A stretch of DNA of 64,000 bases. It comes from Candidatus Parachristensenella avicola (GTDB lineage Bacteria > Bacillota > Clostridia > Christensenellales > UMGS416). The notes beneath the pieces are model-generated. The model ran no database searches. It had not been told where the DNA came from and saw only the letters and a program-made list of their open reading frames with translations. Each line of letters starts with the position of its first letter. Within the stretch, counting starts at the first letter, position 1. The position numbers were made by a program, and so were the translations under genes. The stretch is from contig CAJFUN010000023.1 in NCBI GenBank assembly GCA_904420205.1, positions 129,409 to 193,408 of the forward strand, in the 5' to 3' direction. Shown piece by piece: positions 46,136 through 55,394 of the stretch.

Positions 46136-46945
46136 ATGGCTTCAATACGGCATAAAAAATCGCTGGGCCAGCATTTTCTGGAGGATACCGCCATCCTGCA
46201 GGCGATTGTAGAGGGGGCGGAAGTGGAGCGGCAGGACGCCGTGCTGGAGATCGGACCCGGTTCAGGCAACCTATCGGGCTATTTGGCGGCACGGGCTGCC
46301 CGGCTGGTCGCGGTGGAGATTGATACCGCCCTGGAGCCGCTGTTGCGGCAGGAGCTGGGAAAGTACCCGAAGGCAGAGGTGATATTCGGCAATTTCTTGA
46401 CCATGGATCTGAAGCTGCTCCATGAGCGGTTGGGCGGGGGCGCCTTCAAGGTGGTGGCTAACTTGCCTTATTACATTACCACCCCAATTTTGGAGCGGCT
46501 GCTTTCCAGCGGCCTGCCAATTGAATCGATCACCATATTGATCCAGAAGGAGGCGGCCGACCGGCTGATCTGCTCTCCGGGCAGCAGGGAGTATGGACCG
46601 CTGGCTATCGCCTGCGCCCGGTGGGGCTCGGGCAAATGCATCCTGCGGGTGCCGCCGGCAGCTTTTACGCCGCCGCCCAAGGTCGATTCGGCGGTGGTCC
46701 ACATTGTGCGGCACAGGATAGACCCATTTGCAGGAATGGATGAGACGCTTTTTTGGAAGATTGTGCGGACGTCTTTCTCCCAACGGCGCAAGCAGCTTAA
46801 GAATGCGCTAAGCGGTCTAGGGCTGCCGGCAAGCCGGCTGGAGGAAGCGCTTTCCAAGCTGGGCATCGACGGCGCACGGCGGCCGGAAACCCTGACAGTG
46901 GAGGAATTCGCCGCGCTAACCGAGCAATTCGCTAGCGGGGCGTGA
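46136..46945 (+). CDS. rsmA: 16S rRNA (adenine1518/1519-N6)-dimethyltransferase
   Basis: KKSLGQHFL, SAM motif VLEIGPGSGNLS, NLPYYITTPIL. AGGAGAG RBS. Confidence 0.95.
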   Translation: MASIRHKKSLGQHFLEDTAILQAIVEGAEVERQDAVLEIGPGSGNLSGYLAARAARLVAVEIDTALEPLLRQELGKYPKAEVIFGNFLTMDLKLLHERLGGGAFKVVANLPYYITTPILERLLSSGLPIESITILIQKEAADRLICSPGSREYGPLAIACARWGSGKCILRVPPAAFTPPPKVDSAVVHIVRHRIDPFAGMDETLFWKIVRTSFSQRRKQLKNALSGLGLPASRLEEALSKLGIDGARRPETLTVEEFAALTEQFASGA

Positions 46946-46989
46946 AAATATCGCGCAGCCTTTGCATAGTCTGCACCAGGAGGTGCAGC

Positions 46990-47610
46990 ATGTCTAGTCA
47001 AATACGGCTTCGGTTGACGGGATCGGCGGGCGGCGGTACGTGCGTGCTCATGGAGGAGGGCGGACGGCTTCGATATCGCCTGTCCCTGGAGGGCCCGCCC
47101 GGCGGCGGGCTGGAAGCCCTGATTCAAGGAAGGTCACCCTATATGGAGCTGACACGCCAGATGGTTGCAATACCGGCCTTTACCGGGTGGTGGCAAACGG
47201 AGGGGGAATGTGAAAGCCTGCCCTGCGCGATGGGTTGGATTTGGATATTGCGGGGCGGCGAGCCTTGGCTGATGGGCGCGTTTCCCGGCGTATCCACGCC
47301 GCCAGAGGCGGCCCTGCAGGCCCTTACCGCTCACGGCAAACCCAGCCCCCCGTCAGCGCCCCCAAGCGCCGGGGGCCGGAATACCGTCCAGCAGCCGAAT
47401 CTGCTGATCCCGCTGCCAGGCGTAACCTTTGCGCCGGGCATGTGGGCGGGTAGGTCCTGCTTTGTTGCGGAGCAGGCGGAGCCCGGAAGGCGGTGGACGC
47501 TGATCCAGGGCGAAGCGGGCGAAGATCCCTTTGAAGGCGAAGGAATTTATTGTGCGGCCGCCGGAGACGGCGGATACTGGCTGCAATGGCAGAATGTGAC
47601 GGAATTGTAA
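46990..47610 (+). CDS. hypothetical protein
   Basis: AGGAGG 6 nt before ATG 46990, in frame within ORF 46942..47610. I recognise no motif. Gly/Pro/Trp-rich. Confidence 0.45.
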   Translation: MSSQIRLRLTGSAGGGTCVLMEEGGRLRYRLSLEGPPGGGLEALIQGRSPYMELTRQMVAIPAFTGWWQTEGECESLPCAMGWIWILRGGEPWLMGAFPGVSTPPEAALQALTAHGKPSPPSAPPSAGGRNTVQQPNLLIPLPGVTFAPGMWAGRSCFVAEQAEPGRRWTLIQGEAGEDPFEGEGIYCAAAGDGGYWLQWQNVTEL

Positions 47611-47746
47611 GCGCTATTTTACTTGTCTTTTATCAGATAACAGTGTATCATTAACGATGCATAAACCTATCGTACGACAAACAAAAGAAAAATGGTAGAG
47701 GCCGCCGGGGATGCCTGGGAAGCAGGCGCCGGCGCACGAGGTCAAC

Positions 47747-49021
47747 ATGTCATCACTACTTATTACCCTGAAAGTCGTTTATGCCATCCTAGGCAGCATT
47801 ACTATGGGCGTTCTGATTTATCAGGTCATCATGGCGCTGCTATCGGGACGGCGCAACAAGCAGCCGGTTCAGCCCTGCGATCGATTTAACCGCTTTGCTT
47901 TGGTGATTTCGGCGCGCAATGAATCGGCGGTTATCGGCCAACTGCTCGACAGCCTGATGGCGCAACGCTATCCTAAGGAGTATTTCGACGTCTATGTTAT
48001 CGCGGATAACTGCACCGACAACACCGCGCAGGTGGCCCGGGAGCATGGTGCCTTGGTCTATGAGCGGGAAAATCTGAAGCAATGCGGAAAAGGCTATGCC
48101 TTAAACTGGATGTTCGATATTATCCAGCGCGAAAAGCCGGAAGGATATTACGATGCATACGGGGTTTTCGACGCGGATAATCTCGTACATAAGGACTACC
48201 TGATGGCCATGAACCACCAGCTGCTGAACGGCGCTGCGGTTTCGGAAGGATATCGGGATATTAAAAATCCCTCGGACAGCTGGGTATCGGGTGCCTATGC
48301 CATCTATTTTTGGTGCATTTCCCGCTTTTTCATGCGGCCTCGCCATCGCTTGGGCATGTCGGGCCTTGTCAGCGGCACCGGATTTGTTTTCCGTGCAGAG
48401 CTGATTGCGGAGCGGGGATGGGTTACGGAAACCATTACCGAGGACTGTGAGTTCTCCTTGATGCAGATTTTAGAGGGCCATAAGGTGACCTTTGCTGATG
48501 ATGCCGTCTTTTATGACGAGCAGCCGGTGACCTTCCGCCAGGCGAACCGGCAGCGCTACCGGTGGGCGGTAGGCTCGCTACAGTGCTTGAAGCTCTTCTT
48601 TGGCAAGCTGTTCCGCGGCTGCTTTGCGCAAAAGAGTTTTATTATGCTGGATATGGTCATCTATCTGATGTCTATCCCCTGCTCGGCGATTGTCGCGATC
48701 AACACCTGCCTGGGCGCGGCAATCCGCTATATGGGACAAGCCCACTGGTATGAGATTGTCCAGATGGAACTGGTTTCGCTGCTCATTACGGTGGCGTGTA
48801 TGTTCCTCCATGGCATTCTAACCGTGAAGCTGGAGGGAAAATCTCTGCGCACAGTCTATAAAGGCGTGCTAGGCTGGCCCCTGTTCCTGCTTAGCTGGGT
48901 CTATATCAGCCTGTTCGCGATCTTCTACCGCAATACTACCTGGAAGCCGATTCATCATACCAGCACGGTCAGCATCGACGCCATAAAAGAGGAAGGTGAA
49001 AACCTGACCGGAGAACTGTAG
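47747..49021 (+). CDS. membrane glycosyltransferase family 2 (processive synthase-like, IcaA/PgaC/cellulose-synthase type)
   Basis: N-terminal TM helix. GT-A core (ALVISARNES..YVIADNCTDNT..FDADN). QRYRW (QxxRW) motif. Four to five C-terminal TM helices. The start may be 47711 or 47747. Confidence 0.85.
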   Translation: MSSLLITLKVVYAILGSITMGVLIYQVIMALLSGRRNKQPVQPCDRFNRFALVISARNESAVIGQLLDSLMAQRYPKEYFDVYVIADNCTDNTAQVAREHGALVYERENLKQCGKGYALNWMFDIIQREKPEGYYDAYGVFDADNLVHKDYLMAMNHQLLNGAAVSEGYRDIKNPSDSWVSGAYAIYFWCISRFFMRPRHRLGMSGLVSGTGFVFRAELIAERGWVTETITEDCEFSLMQILEGHKVTFADDAVFYDEQPVTFRQANRQRYRWAVGSLQCLKLFFGKLFRGCFAQKSFIMLDMVIYLMSIPCSAIVAINTCLGAAIRYMGQAHWYEIVQMELVSLLITVACMFLHGILTVKLEGKSLRTVYKGVLGWPLFLLSWVYISLFAIFYRNTTWKPIHHTSTVSIDAIKEEGENLTGEL

Positions 49022-49030
49022 ACCGCTACA

Positions 49031-49059
49031 AGCCTCCCCAATACGAGGGAGGCTTTTTT
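49031..49059 (+). terminator. intrinsic terminator after GT2 gene
   Basis: 8-bp stem AGCCTCCC/GGGAGGCT followed by TTTTT. Confidence 0.7.
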
Positions 49060-49237
49060 GCTGCAGCCTTGTATATGGGAAAAATGCCGACAAATGTCGG
49101 CGGACAGACAAATAGAGCGAAGAAATAACAAAGAAGGATAAATTATATGGCCTGGTTTATAATATTTACAATTTGTTAACACAACGCACCAGTGCCATTT
49201 GTTACAATCAACATATTCACAGAGGGAGGAAAAGGAT

Positions 49238-50185
49238 ATGATCAAAGTCGAGAATGTGACGAAGCGATACGGCAACAAAACCGCCGTCGACGATGTCACC
49301 TTCGAAGTCCAAAAGGGCGAGATCGTGGGCTTCCTGGGCCGAAACGGCGCGGGTAAATCCACCACGATGAACATCATCACAGGATACATATCGTCCACCA
49401 GCGGCTCCGCCAGCGTGGATGGGTATGATATTCTGAAAAGCCCGCTCGAGGTCAAAAAGCGCATCGGCTATCTTCCGGAACAGCCGCCGCTTTATATGGA
49501 TATGACCGTGCGGGAATACCTGAGCTTTGTCAGCGACATCAAGCACGTGCCCGGAGCCAAGAAGACGGCCCATATCGGGGACGTATGCGATCTAGTAGGG
49601 ATTGCGGACATGCGGGGACGATTGATTCGCAATCTGTCCAAGGGCTATAAACAGCGCGTAGGTTTGGCCCAGGCGCTGATCGGAAACCCGGAGGTGCTGA
49701 TCCTGGACGAGCCGACGGTGGGTTTGGACCCCCGCCAGATCATCGAGATCCGCAAGCTCATCAAAGATCTGGGCAAGGATCATACGGTCATCCTCAGCTC
49801 GCACATCTTGCCTGAGGTAGCCGACGTATGCGAGCGGGTCATCATCATCGACAAAGGCAAGATCGTCGCGCAGGATACCCTGGAGAACCTGTCCAGCAAC
49901 GTTAACGAGATCACCCGTCTGACGCTGCGCATCCAGGGCGAGGAGGGCAACGTGCGCAAAACGCTGCGCGAGGTTCGCGGCGTCCGGTATGTAGAGGTAC
50001 TCGGCGTTAAGGAGGCGGGCACGGTGGATTTCCTGGTGGAAAGCGAGCGCAACCAGGATGTGCGGGCCGACGTATTCCGGGCTATGGTTTCCCTCCAGCG
50101 GCCGGTGCTGATGTTCCGGCCTATGGACGTGACGCTGGAGGATATCTTCCTGCAGCTGACCAGCCAAGATAAGGAGGATAACTAG
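49238..50185 (+). CDS. ABC transporter ATP-binding protein (ABC-2/GldA-like)
   Basis: GGGAGG RBS before ATG 49238. GRNGAGKST, LSKGYKQR, LILDEPTVGLD. Confidence 0.9.
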   Translation: MIKVENVTKRYGNKTAVDDVTFEVQKGEIVGFLGRNGAGKSTTMNIITGYISSTSGSASVDGYDILKSPLEVKKRIGYLPEQPPLYMDMTVREYLSFVSDIKHVPGAKKTAHIGDVCDLVGIADMRGRLIRNLSKGYKQRVGLAQALIGNPEVLILDEPTVGLDPRQIIEIRKLIKDLGKDHTVILSSHILPEVADVCERVIIIDKGKIVAQDTLENLSSNVNEITRLTLRIQGEEGNVRKTLREVRGVRYVEVLGVKEAGTVDFLVESERNQDVRADVFRAMVSLQRPVLMFRPMDVTLEDIFLQLTSQDKEDN

Positions 50186-50896
50186 ATGTTCGCTGTGTGG
50201 AAGCGGGAGATGCAGTCCTATTTTCTCTCTCCCATCGCCTATGTTTTTGTCGCCGCCTTCCTGGGCGTGTGCGGCTATTTCTTCGCCTTTAATAACGTGG
50301 CCACCTATAGCGCGGCCTTTAACTCCACCATGGGCAATATTGCCTTTGTGTTTATGTTCCTTATTCCAGTGCTGACGATGCGCCTGATGAGCGAGGATCG
50401 GCGCAGCAAGACCGACCAGCTGCTGCTGACGGCCCCGGTATCGCTCACGCAGATGGTCATGGGCAAGTATCTGGCGGCGGTTTCCGTGTTCACGGTTGCG
50501 CTGCTGTGCAGCCTGATTTATCCGCTCGCTATGGCCATCTTTGGGAATCCCGCCTGGGGCGAGATCCTGACGAGCTATGTGGGCTGCTTCTTGCTGGGCG
50601 CTTCCTTGGTGGCGCTGGGCATGTTCCTCTCGTCGCTGACCGATAGCCAGGCCATTGCCGCCGTGACGACTTTGGTCGTCATCATGCTGCTGTATGTAGC
50701 CAATATGATGACGCCGTATCTGAATATTTCCTGGCTGTCGACCATTATCAGCTGGTTCTCCATCTATTCCCGCTACGATCCCTTCTATGCGGGGCGGCTG
50801 GATCTGCCGGCGATCATTTACTTTATCAGCTTCTCCGCGGTCTTTGTGTTCCTGACGATCCGCACAGTGGAGAAGAGAAGGTGGAGCGAGGGTTGA
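50186..50896 (+). CDS. ABC-2 type transporter permease (GldF-like)
   Basis: Six predicted TM helices. Starts 1 nt after the ATPase stop. Confidence 0.8.
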   Translation: MFAVWKREMQSYFLSPIAYVFVAAFLGVCGYFFAFNNVATYSAAFNSTMGNIAFVFMFLIPVLTMRLMSEDRRSKTDQLLLTAPVSLTQMVMGKYLAAVSVFTVALLCSLIYPLAMAIFGNPAWGEILTSYVGCFLLGASLVALGMFLSSLTDSQAIAAVTTLVVIMLLYVANMMTPYLNISWLSTIISWFSIYSRYDPFYAGRLDLPAIIYFISFSAVFVFLTIRTVEKRRWSEG

Positions 50897-50900
50897 TAGC

Positions 50901-52391
50901 ATGAAAAAGATAAACGAGCAGAACATTGGCGGCGGCAAAAAGAAGGACAACGGCCGCAAGCGCCGCATGATCTATGGGAGCTACTCGGTGGTGCTCAGCT
51001 GCGTAGTCATCGTGGCGGTGCTTCTTGTAAATATCTGCCTGCAGTATCTGGGTGAGAATGTGAACCTACAGATTGACATGACCCAGAACCAGGTCTACTC
51101 CATTACCAACAAGACCAACGAGGTGGTAAGCTCCCTGGATGAGGACGTATATATTTATACCCTCTTTTCGGGCTCCAACGTGGATCAAACGCTGCAGGAT
51201 ATCTTAAACCGGTATAAGCCGCTTTCGGATCACATCAAGGTGGAGAACGTAGATCCTATCTTGAATCCCGGGTTTGTCACCATCTATTCAGAGTCGGGTG
51301 TAGCGCCGTCCACCGGCGACGTAGTTGTGACCAATGCGGATAAGAACGTTTATCGGGTGATCGACTATGACGATATGTACACCTATGATGATAACGACAA
51401 TCTCTCCCAGGTGAACGTGGAAAGCAAGATTACCTCGGCGATCACCTATGTGACGGATGAAAACCGCAAGAGCGCCTATATCCTGACGGGTCACGGCGAA
51501 CCGGAAATCGCCACCATGACCTCGTTTAACGAGATCTTGGAGGGAGAGAACCTGGAAATTATTTCGGCCAAAATGGATGTGTTCATGGAGCAGCACAAGC
51601 CGGGCGATATGCTGATTGTGATGGCGCCGCAGTCCGATCTGACCGATACCGAGCGCGAACAGATGAAATCCTTTGTGGAGGGCGGCGGTACGCTCATGAT
51701 GTGCCTGGATAACGAGCTGGGCAAGGATCTGGAGAACTTTAACTCTATCCTGAAACTCTATGGTGTATCAGCTCCTCAGGGCGTGATTTTTGAAGGAGAC
51801 CGCGACCATTACGCGCTGCCCTATGCGAACTTCATCGTGCCGGATTATACGAGCCATGAGATCGTGCAGGCCCTGGCAACGAAGAACGTAGCGGTGCTCT
51901 TCCCCTATGGCGCGGGTATCCTTGAGGTAGCCGATCCCCTGCCGGAGGAAAACATCACCGTATCCAGCATCCTGGAAACCTCGAATTCCTCTTGGATGAA
52001 GAGCCTTTCGGATCTGGAGACCACGGCCAAGGCCGATACCGACCCCAGCGGCCCATTCCCGGTGGGCGTTACGATCACCCGCCCGGTAACCCTGGAGAAT
52101 GGGGAAGCCGGCGAAACGAGGATTATTGCCTTTAATACCGTGAACCACATTCGTTACGGCGATTCGCTGGCCGCATATGCCGACGGCGATCTTGTCCGCA
52201 ACTGCGTAGCCTGGCTGAAGGGCGAAAGCGCCCAGGAGCTGTACATTCGCGGCAAGACGCTGGGGGATTCGGTGCTGTACTTCCGCAGCGCTTCCCAGGC
52301 GGACTGGACGATTGCCCTGACCTGGCCGGTGCCTGTTGCCCTGATCCTGATCGCGGGCCTTGTCATCTTTATCAAGCGTAGACATCTGTAA
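50901..52391 (+). CDS. GldG-family ABC-transport auxiliary protein
   Basis: N- and C-terminal TM anchors around a large outside domain. The pattern DVYIYTLFSG...LNRYKPLSDHIKVENVDPILNP is typical of GldG/ABC_transp_aux. Confidence 0.75.
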   Translation: MKKINEQNIGGGKKKDNGRKRRMIYGSYSVVLSCVVIVAVLLVNICLQYLGENVNLQIDMTQNQVYSITNKTNEVVSSLDEDVYIYTLFSGSNVDQTLQDILNRYKPLSDHIKVENVDPILNPGFVTIYSESGVAPSTGDVVVTNADKNVYRVIDYDDMYTYDDNDNLSQVNVESKITSAITYVTDENRKSAYILTGHGEPEIATMTSFNEILEGENLEIISAKMDVFMEQHKPGDMLIVMAPQSDLTDTEREQMKSFVEGGGTLMMCLDNELGKDLENFNSILKLYGVSAPQGVIFEGDRDHYALPYANFIVPDYTSHEIVQALATKNVAVLFPYGAGILEVADPLPEENITVSSILETSNSSWMKSLSDLETTAKADTDPSGPFPVGVTITRPVTLENGEAGETRIIAFNTVNHIRYGDSLAAYADGDLVRNCVAWLKGESAQELYIRGKTLGDSVLYFRSASQADWTIALTWPVPVALILIAGLVIFIKRRHL

Positions 52392-52402
52392 GGAGTGACC
52401 CC

Positions 52403-53845
52403 ATGAATAAAAAGATGCTGATTACAGCGGGCGTGCTGGTCGTCGTGCTGGCGGTTATGCTGTGCCTTGTCTTTATTCTGGTGCCGGCGCTCCAGCAGAA
52501 GCAATATGAAAACCAGACCACGACAACCACGTCTACCACGCCAGCTCCGGAGAAGCTGGGTACCCGCGAGGAGCAGGAGGTGCTGGAGATCACGGTTGAG
52601 CGCTCCGACGAAACCTTTACCTTTGAGCGCGAGGAGTATCTCGCCGACTGGGTGCTGACCAAACAGCCGGATCTGGCGCTGAATCAGAATATGGTTTCTT
52701 CGCTGGTGAGCAATGCCTCTTCGGGCATCGTGAACCAGGATATCAGAAGCGATCTTACCGATCTGGCGCAATACGGGTTAGATAATCCCACTGCGACGGT
52801 AACCATCGTGTTTTCCGATGGAGAAAAGCAGACCTATTACCTGGGGAATCTGACGGTTACCGGCTCCAGCTGCTATGCTTACCGTGAAGGCGTGGAGCGG
52901 GTGGTAACGGTTCCCAGCAATTTCTACGAGTATGCGACATCGCCGCTGTATGCCTATGCTCAGCCCAAAGAGTTCTCGGTGGATGGACCCAATGCCTCGA
53001 TGATCCGGATTTCCTCCGGCGACGAGATCCTACTAGAGGCCCACCGCCTGGGCGAACAGACCATGAGCGTGGGCGACTATATGATCACCGAGCCCTATCA
53101 GGTGCTGGCGAGCACGGAGTTCGACACCTTTGCCGAGTATTTCAGCACCATCAGCTTGAGCGGCATGGTGGACGTATCCAATGACAACCTGCAACGCTAT
53201 GGGCTGGATAACCCGGCCTATACGGTTACGGTGGAGTACGATCCCGATAACGTGGGAGGCACGGGCAACTTTACCATGTATATCGGCGATAAGAGCGAGA
53301 ACGAAGAGGATTATTACGTATCCTTCGAGGGCGAGCAGGGTGTGTACACCATCAGGACGACGGCGCTGGATTTCATTACGGAGATGAACGCCTTTAGCCT
53401 GGTGAACCGCATGTTTATGCTGTATGCCATCAACTACGTGGACGAGGTGACTGTGCACGCGCCGGACACCGATGCAGTGCTGACGATCATCCAGCCGGAT
53501 ACGTCAGAGGATGAGACGGCCCGCGCTACCTTTAAGCTGGATGGCGTCGATATTAACCGAAAAGCCGGTAACCTGTGGTACCAAAGCATCCTGAGCATTA
53601 CAAGCCACGGAGCCTTGCCCAAGGGCTATACTGTCAGCGGAGAACCGGAGGTCACGATTTTCTTTAAATACCTGCCGGGTAACAACCTCACGGAGAACCT
53701 GTTTGAGTTCTTCCCCTACGAGAAGGATTATTACGCTGTCCGGGTGGACGGTGTGACCCAGTTCTATTGCAGGCGGGAGAAGGTTGAAAACATGCTGACT
53801 ACCCTGGATCAGCTGCGTGCCGGCGAGCTGGACGCCGAAGACTAG
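52403..53845 (+). CDS. DUF4340-like membrane-anchored protein
   Basis: N-terminal TM anchor. Repeated modules with the pattern ..LAQYGLDNPTATVTI.. / ..LQRYGLDNPAYTVTV... Genes of this kind usually follow gldG-like genes. Confidence 0.65.
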   Translation: MNKKMLITAGVLVVVLAVMLCLVFILVPALQQKQYENQTTTTTSTTPAPEKLGTREEQEVLEITVERSDETFTFEREEYLADWVLTKQPDLALNQNMVSSLVSNASSGIVNQDIRSDLTDLAQYGLDNPTATVTIVFSDGEKQTYYLGNLTVTGSSCYAYREGVERVVTVPSNFYEYATSPLYAYAQPKEFSVDGPNASMIRISSGDEILLEAHRLGEQTMSVGDYMITEPYQVLASTEFDTFAEYFSTISLSGMVDVSNDNLQRYGLDNPAYTVTVEYDPDNVGGTGNFTMYIGDKSENEEDYYVSFEGEQGVYTIRTTALDFITEMNAFSLVNRMFMLYAINYVDEVTVHAPDTDAVLTIIQPDTSEDETARATFKLDGVDINRKAGNLWYQSILSITSHGALPKGYTVSGEPEVTIFFKYLPGNNLTENLFEFFPYEKDYYAVRVDGVTQFYCRREKVENMLTTLDQLRAGELDAED

Positions 53846-53858
53846 ACAACAAAACCGT

Positions 53859-53893
53859 AAAAACGAGAGGGAGCTTGCTCCCTCTCGTTTTTT
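53859..53893. terminator. intrinsic terminator after the gld-like operon
   Basis: AAAAACGAGAGGGA-GCTTGC-TCCCTCTCGTTTTTT. Confidence 0.8.
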
Positions 53894-54018
53894 CTATGCC
53901 GGCGGCAGGCCTGGATTGGGCGCGGAAAAAACGCACACCAAGCGGATAAATGAACATTTTCTCGAATTATGTTATAGAAATACAAAACACCAGTGAGATA
54001 CGTGCGGAGCGTGTATAA

Positions 54019-54047
54019 TAAAAAAATACGTCCCTTGCGGAACGTAT
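54019..54047 (-). terminator. intrinsic terminator of the small minus-strand gene
   Basis: Minus strand: ATACGTTCC-GCAA-GGGACGTAT followed by T7. Confidence 0.7.
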
Positions 54048-54053
54048 CGGCAT

Positions 54054-54293
54054 CTAGGCCTGATCGGTGGGAGCGCCGTCCTCTCGCTCGGGATCCGTCC
54101 GCTTTTTGACCTGGGCAAGGATTCGCTCGATGGCGCTGCGGTGCCGCTCGGTGACCTCGCGGACGTAGACGGACGGCCGGGGCTGGGCAGCCGGCATTGG
54201 CATCGTCTCAGGGGCCGGGTTTTCCTGGGGCTCCGGGTCTGCGGGCGGTTCAACTGGATTTTGGGTAGGCGGGACGGAAAATACGCGTTTCAT
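54054..54293 (-). CDS. hypothetical small protein (79 aa, Pro-rich N-terminal half)
   Basis: AAAGGAG 9 nt upstream of ATG 54293 and its own terminator. Divergent from spo0A. Confidence 0.55.
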   Translation of the reverse strand: MKRVFSVPPTQNPVEPPADPEPQENPAPETMPMPAAQPRPSVYVREVTERHRSAIERILAQVKKRTDPEREDGAPTDQA

Positions 54294-54402
54294 AAGAACC
54301 GACTCCTTTCAAGCTTGCTTATCCAAATCTATGGCGGATAGGGCTTCAATATGACAAACATCTGTCAAAGATTTTATTTTTCAATATGAATATAAAAATG
54401 GT

Positions 54403-54419
54403 TTCGACCGGCTTCGACA
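54403..54419 (+). promoter_or_regulatory. two tandem Spo0A-box-like motifs (TTCGACC, TTCGACA = complement of TGTCGAA) upstream of spo0A
   Basis: TTCGACC at 54403-54409 and TTCGACA at 54413-54419, 10 bp apart and about 120 nt upstream of ATG 54537. Confidence 0.5.
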
Positions 54420-54536
54420 AATCTAGTGGAGCTTCGCTCTTTCCCAAAATTTGTCCTATGATACAATATTACTGGAAAAAACAGCCGATCGAGTCATGTT
54501 GATTCGGATGATGGAGTAAAAGGAGGAAGATCAACC

Positions 54537-55313
54537 ATGCAGGAGAAGGTTAAGGTACTGGTGGCGGATGACAACGGGATGACCCGGGAAATGATGCACC
54601 AGGGCCTGGGCAGAATGGAAGAGGTGCAGGTGGTTGGGCTAGCGGCCAACGGGCAAGAGGCGGTGGAGCTGCTTCGCAAATATCAGCCGGACATTTTGGT
54701 GCTGGACCTGGTAATGCCCGTATTGGACGGCGTCGGTGTACTGGAGGAAATCAAACGGCTTCCGGGCAAGCATCCCGACGTATTGGTGCTCTCTGCCATG
54801 GGCTCTGAGGACGTGGTGAACGAGGTCATGCGCTACGGCGTGCGCTATTTCATGGTGAAACCCTTTGAGATCGAGCAGATCTGCCGGCGCATTCGGGACA
54901 TTATTGACCAAAACCACGGTGGCAAAAGCACCGGCTTTACCATGGGCTCCAGCATCCGGCCCAAATCGGTTGACGAGGAGATTACCTCGGTTTTCCTGAC
55001 GATCGGTATCCCGGCCCATATCAAGGGATATCAGTACCTGCGGGAGGCGGTCAAAATGGTCATGGAGGATAAGCAGCTGATTGGCTCCATCACCAAAGAG
55101 CTGTATCCGGGGATCGCCGAACGCTTTGATACATCTGCCAGCAAAGTGGAGCGGGCCATCCGGCATGCGATCGACGTGGCCTGGACAAAGGGACGCATCG
55201 AGAACATCAACCGCATTTTTGGATATAATATTTACACCCTGCATGACAAGCCGACCAACGGAGAATTCATCGCGCTTCTAGCCGATAAAATGTCCATGGA
55301 GCACTCGGCCTGA
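54537..55313 (+). CDS. spo0A: sporulation master regulator Spo0A
   Basis: Receiver (VLVADDN, ILVLDLVMPVLDG) plus the Spo0A-specific C-terminus (IGIPAHIKGYQYLREAV..ITKELYPGIAERFDTSASKVERAIRHAIDVAW..KPTNGEFIALLADK). AAGGAGG RBS. Confidence 0.97.
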   Translation: MQEKVKVLVADDNGMTREMMHQGLGRMEEVQVVGLAANGQEAVELLRKYQPDILVLDLVMPVLDGVGVLEEIKRLPGKHPDVLVLSAMGSEDVVNEVMRYGVRYFMVKPFEIEQICRRIRDIIDQNHGGKSTGFTMGSSIRPKSVDEEITSVFLTIGIPAHIKGYQYLREAVKMVMEDKQLIGSITKELYPGIAERFDTSASKVERAIRHAIDVAWTKGRIENINRIFGYNIYTLHDKPTNGEFIALLADKMSMEHSA

Positions 55314-55394
55314 CGAAAGGCATTCCTCCCGGCATATAAGGGGACGAACCGGCATAAAGTGATACAGATATGGTTCGCCAAGGGAGGATTGAGT

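Noticed and set aside
47611-47746. Possible c-di-GMP riboswitch in front of the GT2 synthase gene
   Set aside because: The ~90-nt leader shows only a small hairpin (ACGAT..ATCGT) and none of the GEMM-I/II conserved blocks I remember. I cannot exclude it without an Rfam scan.
49592-50968. 458-aa minus-strand ORF opposite the gld-like ABC ATPase/permease genes
   Set aside because: Shadow ORF in a GC-rich coding region. The product is His/Arg/Gln-rich low complexity with no start context. The sense-strand genes carry canonical ABC motifs.
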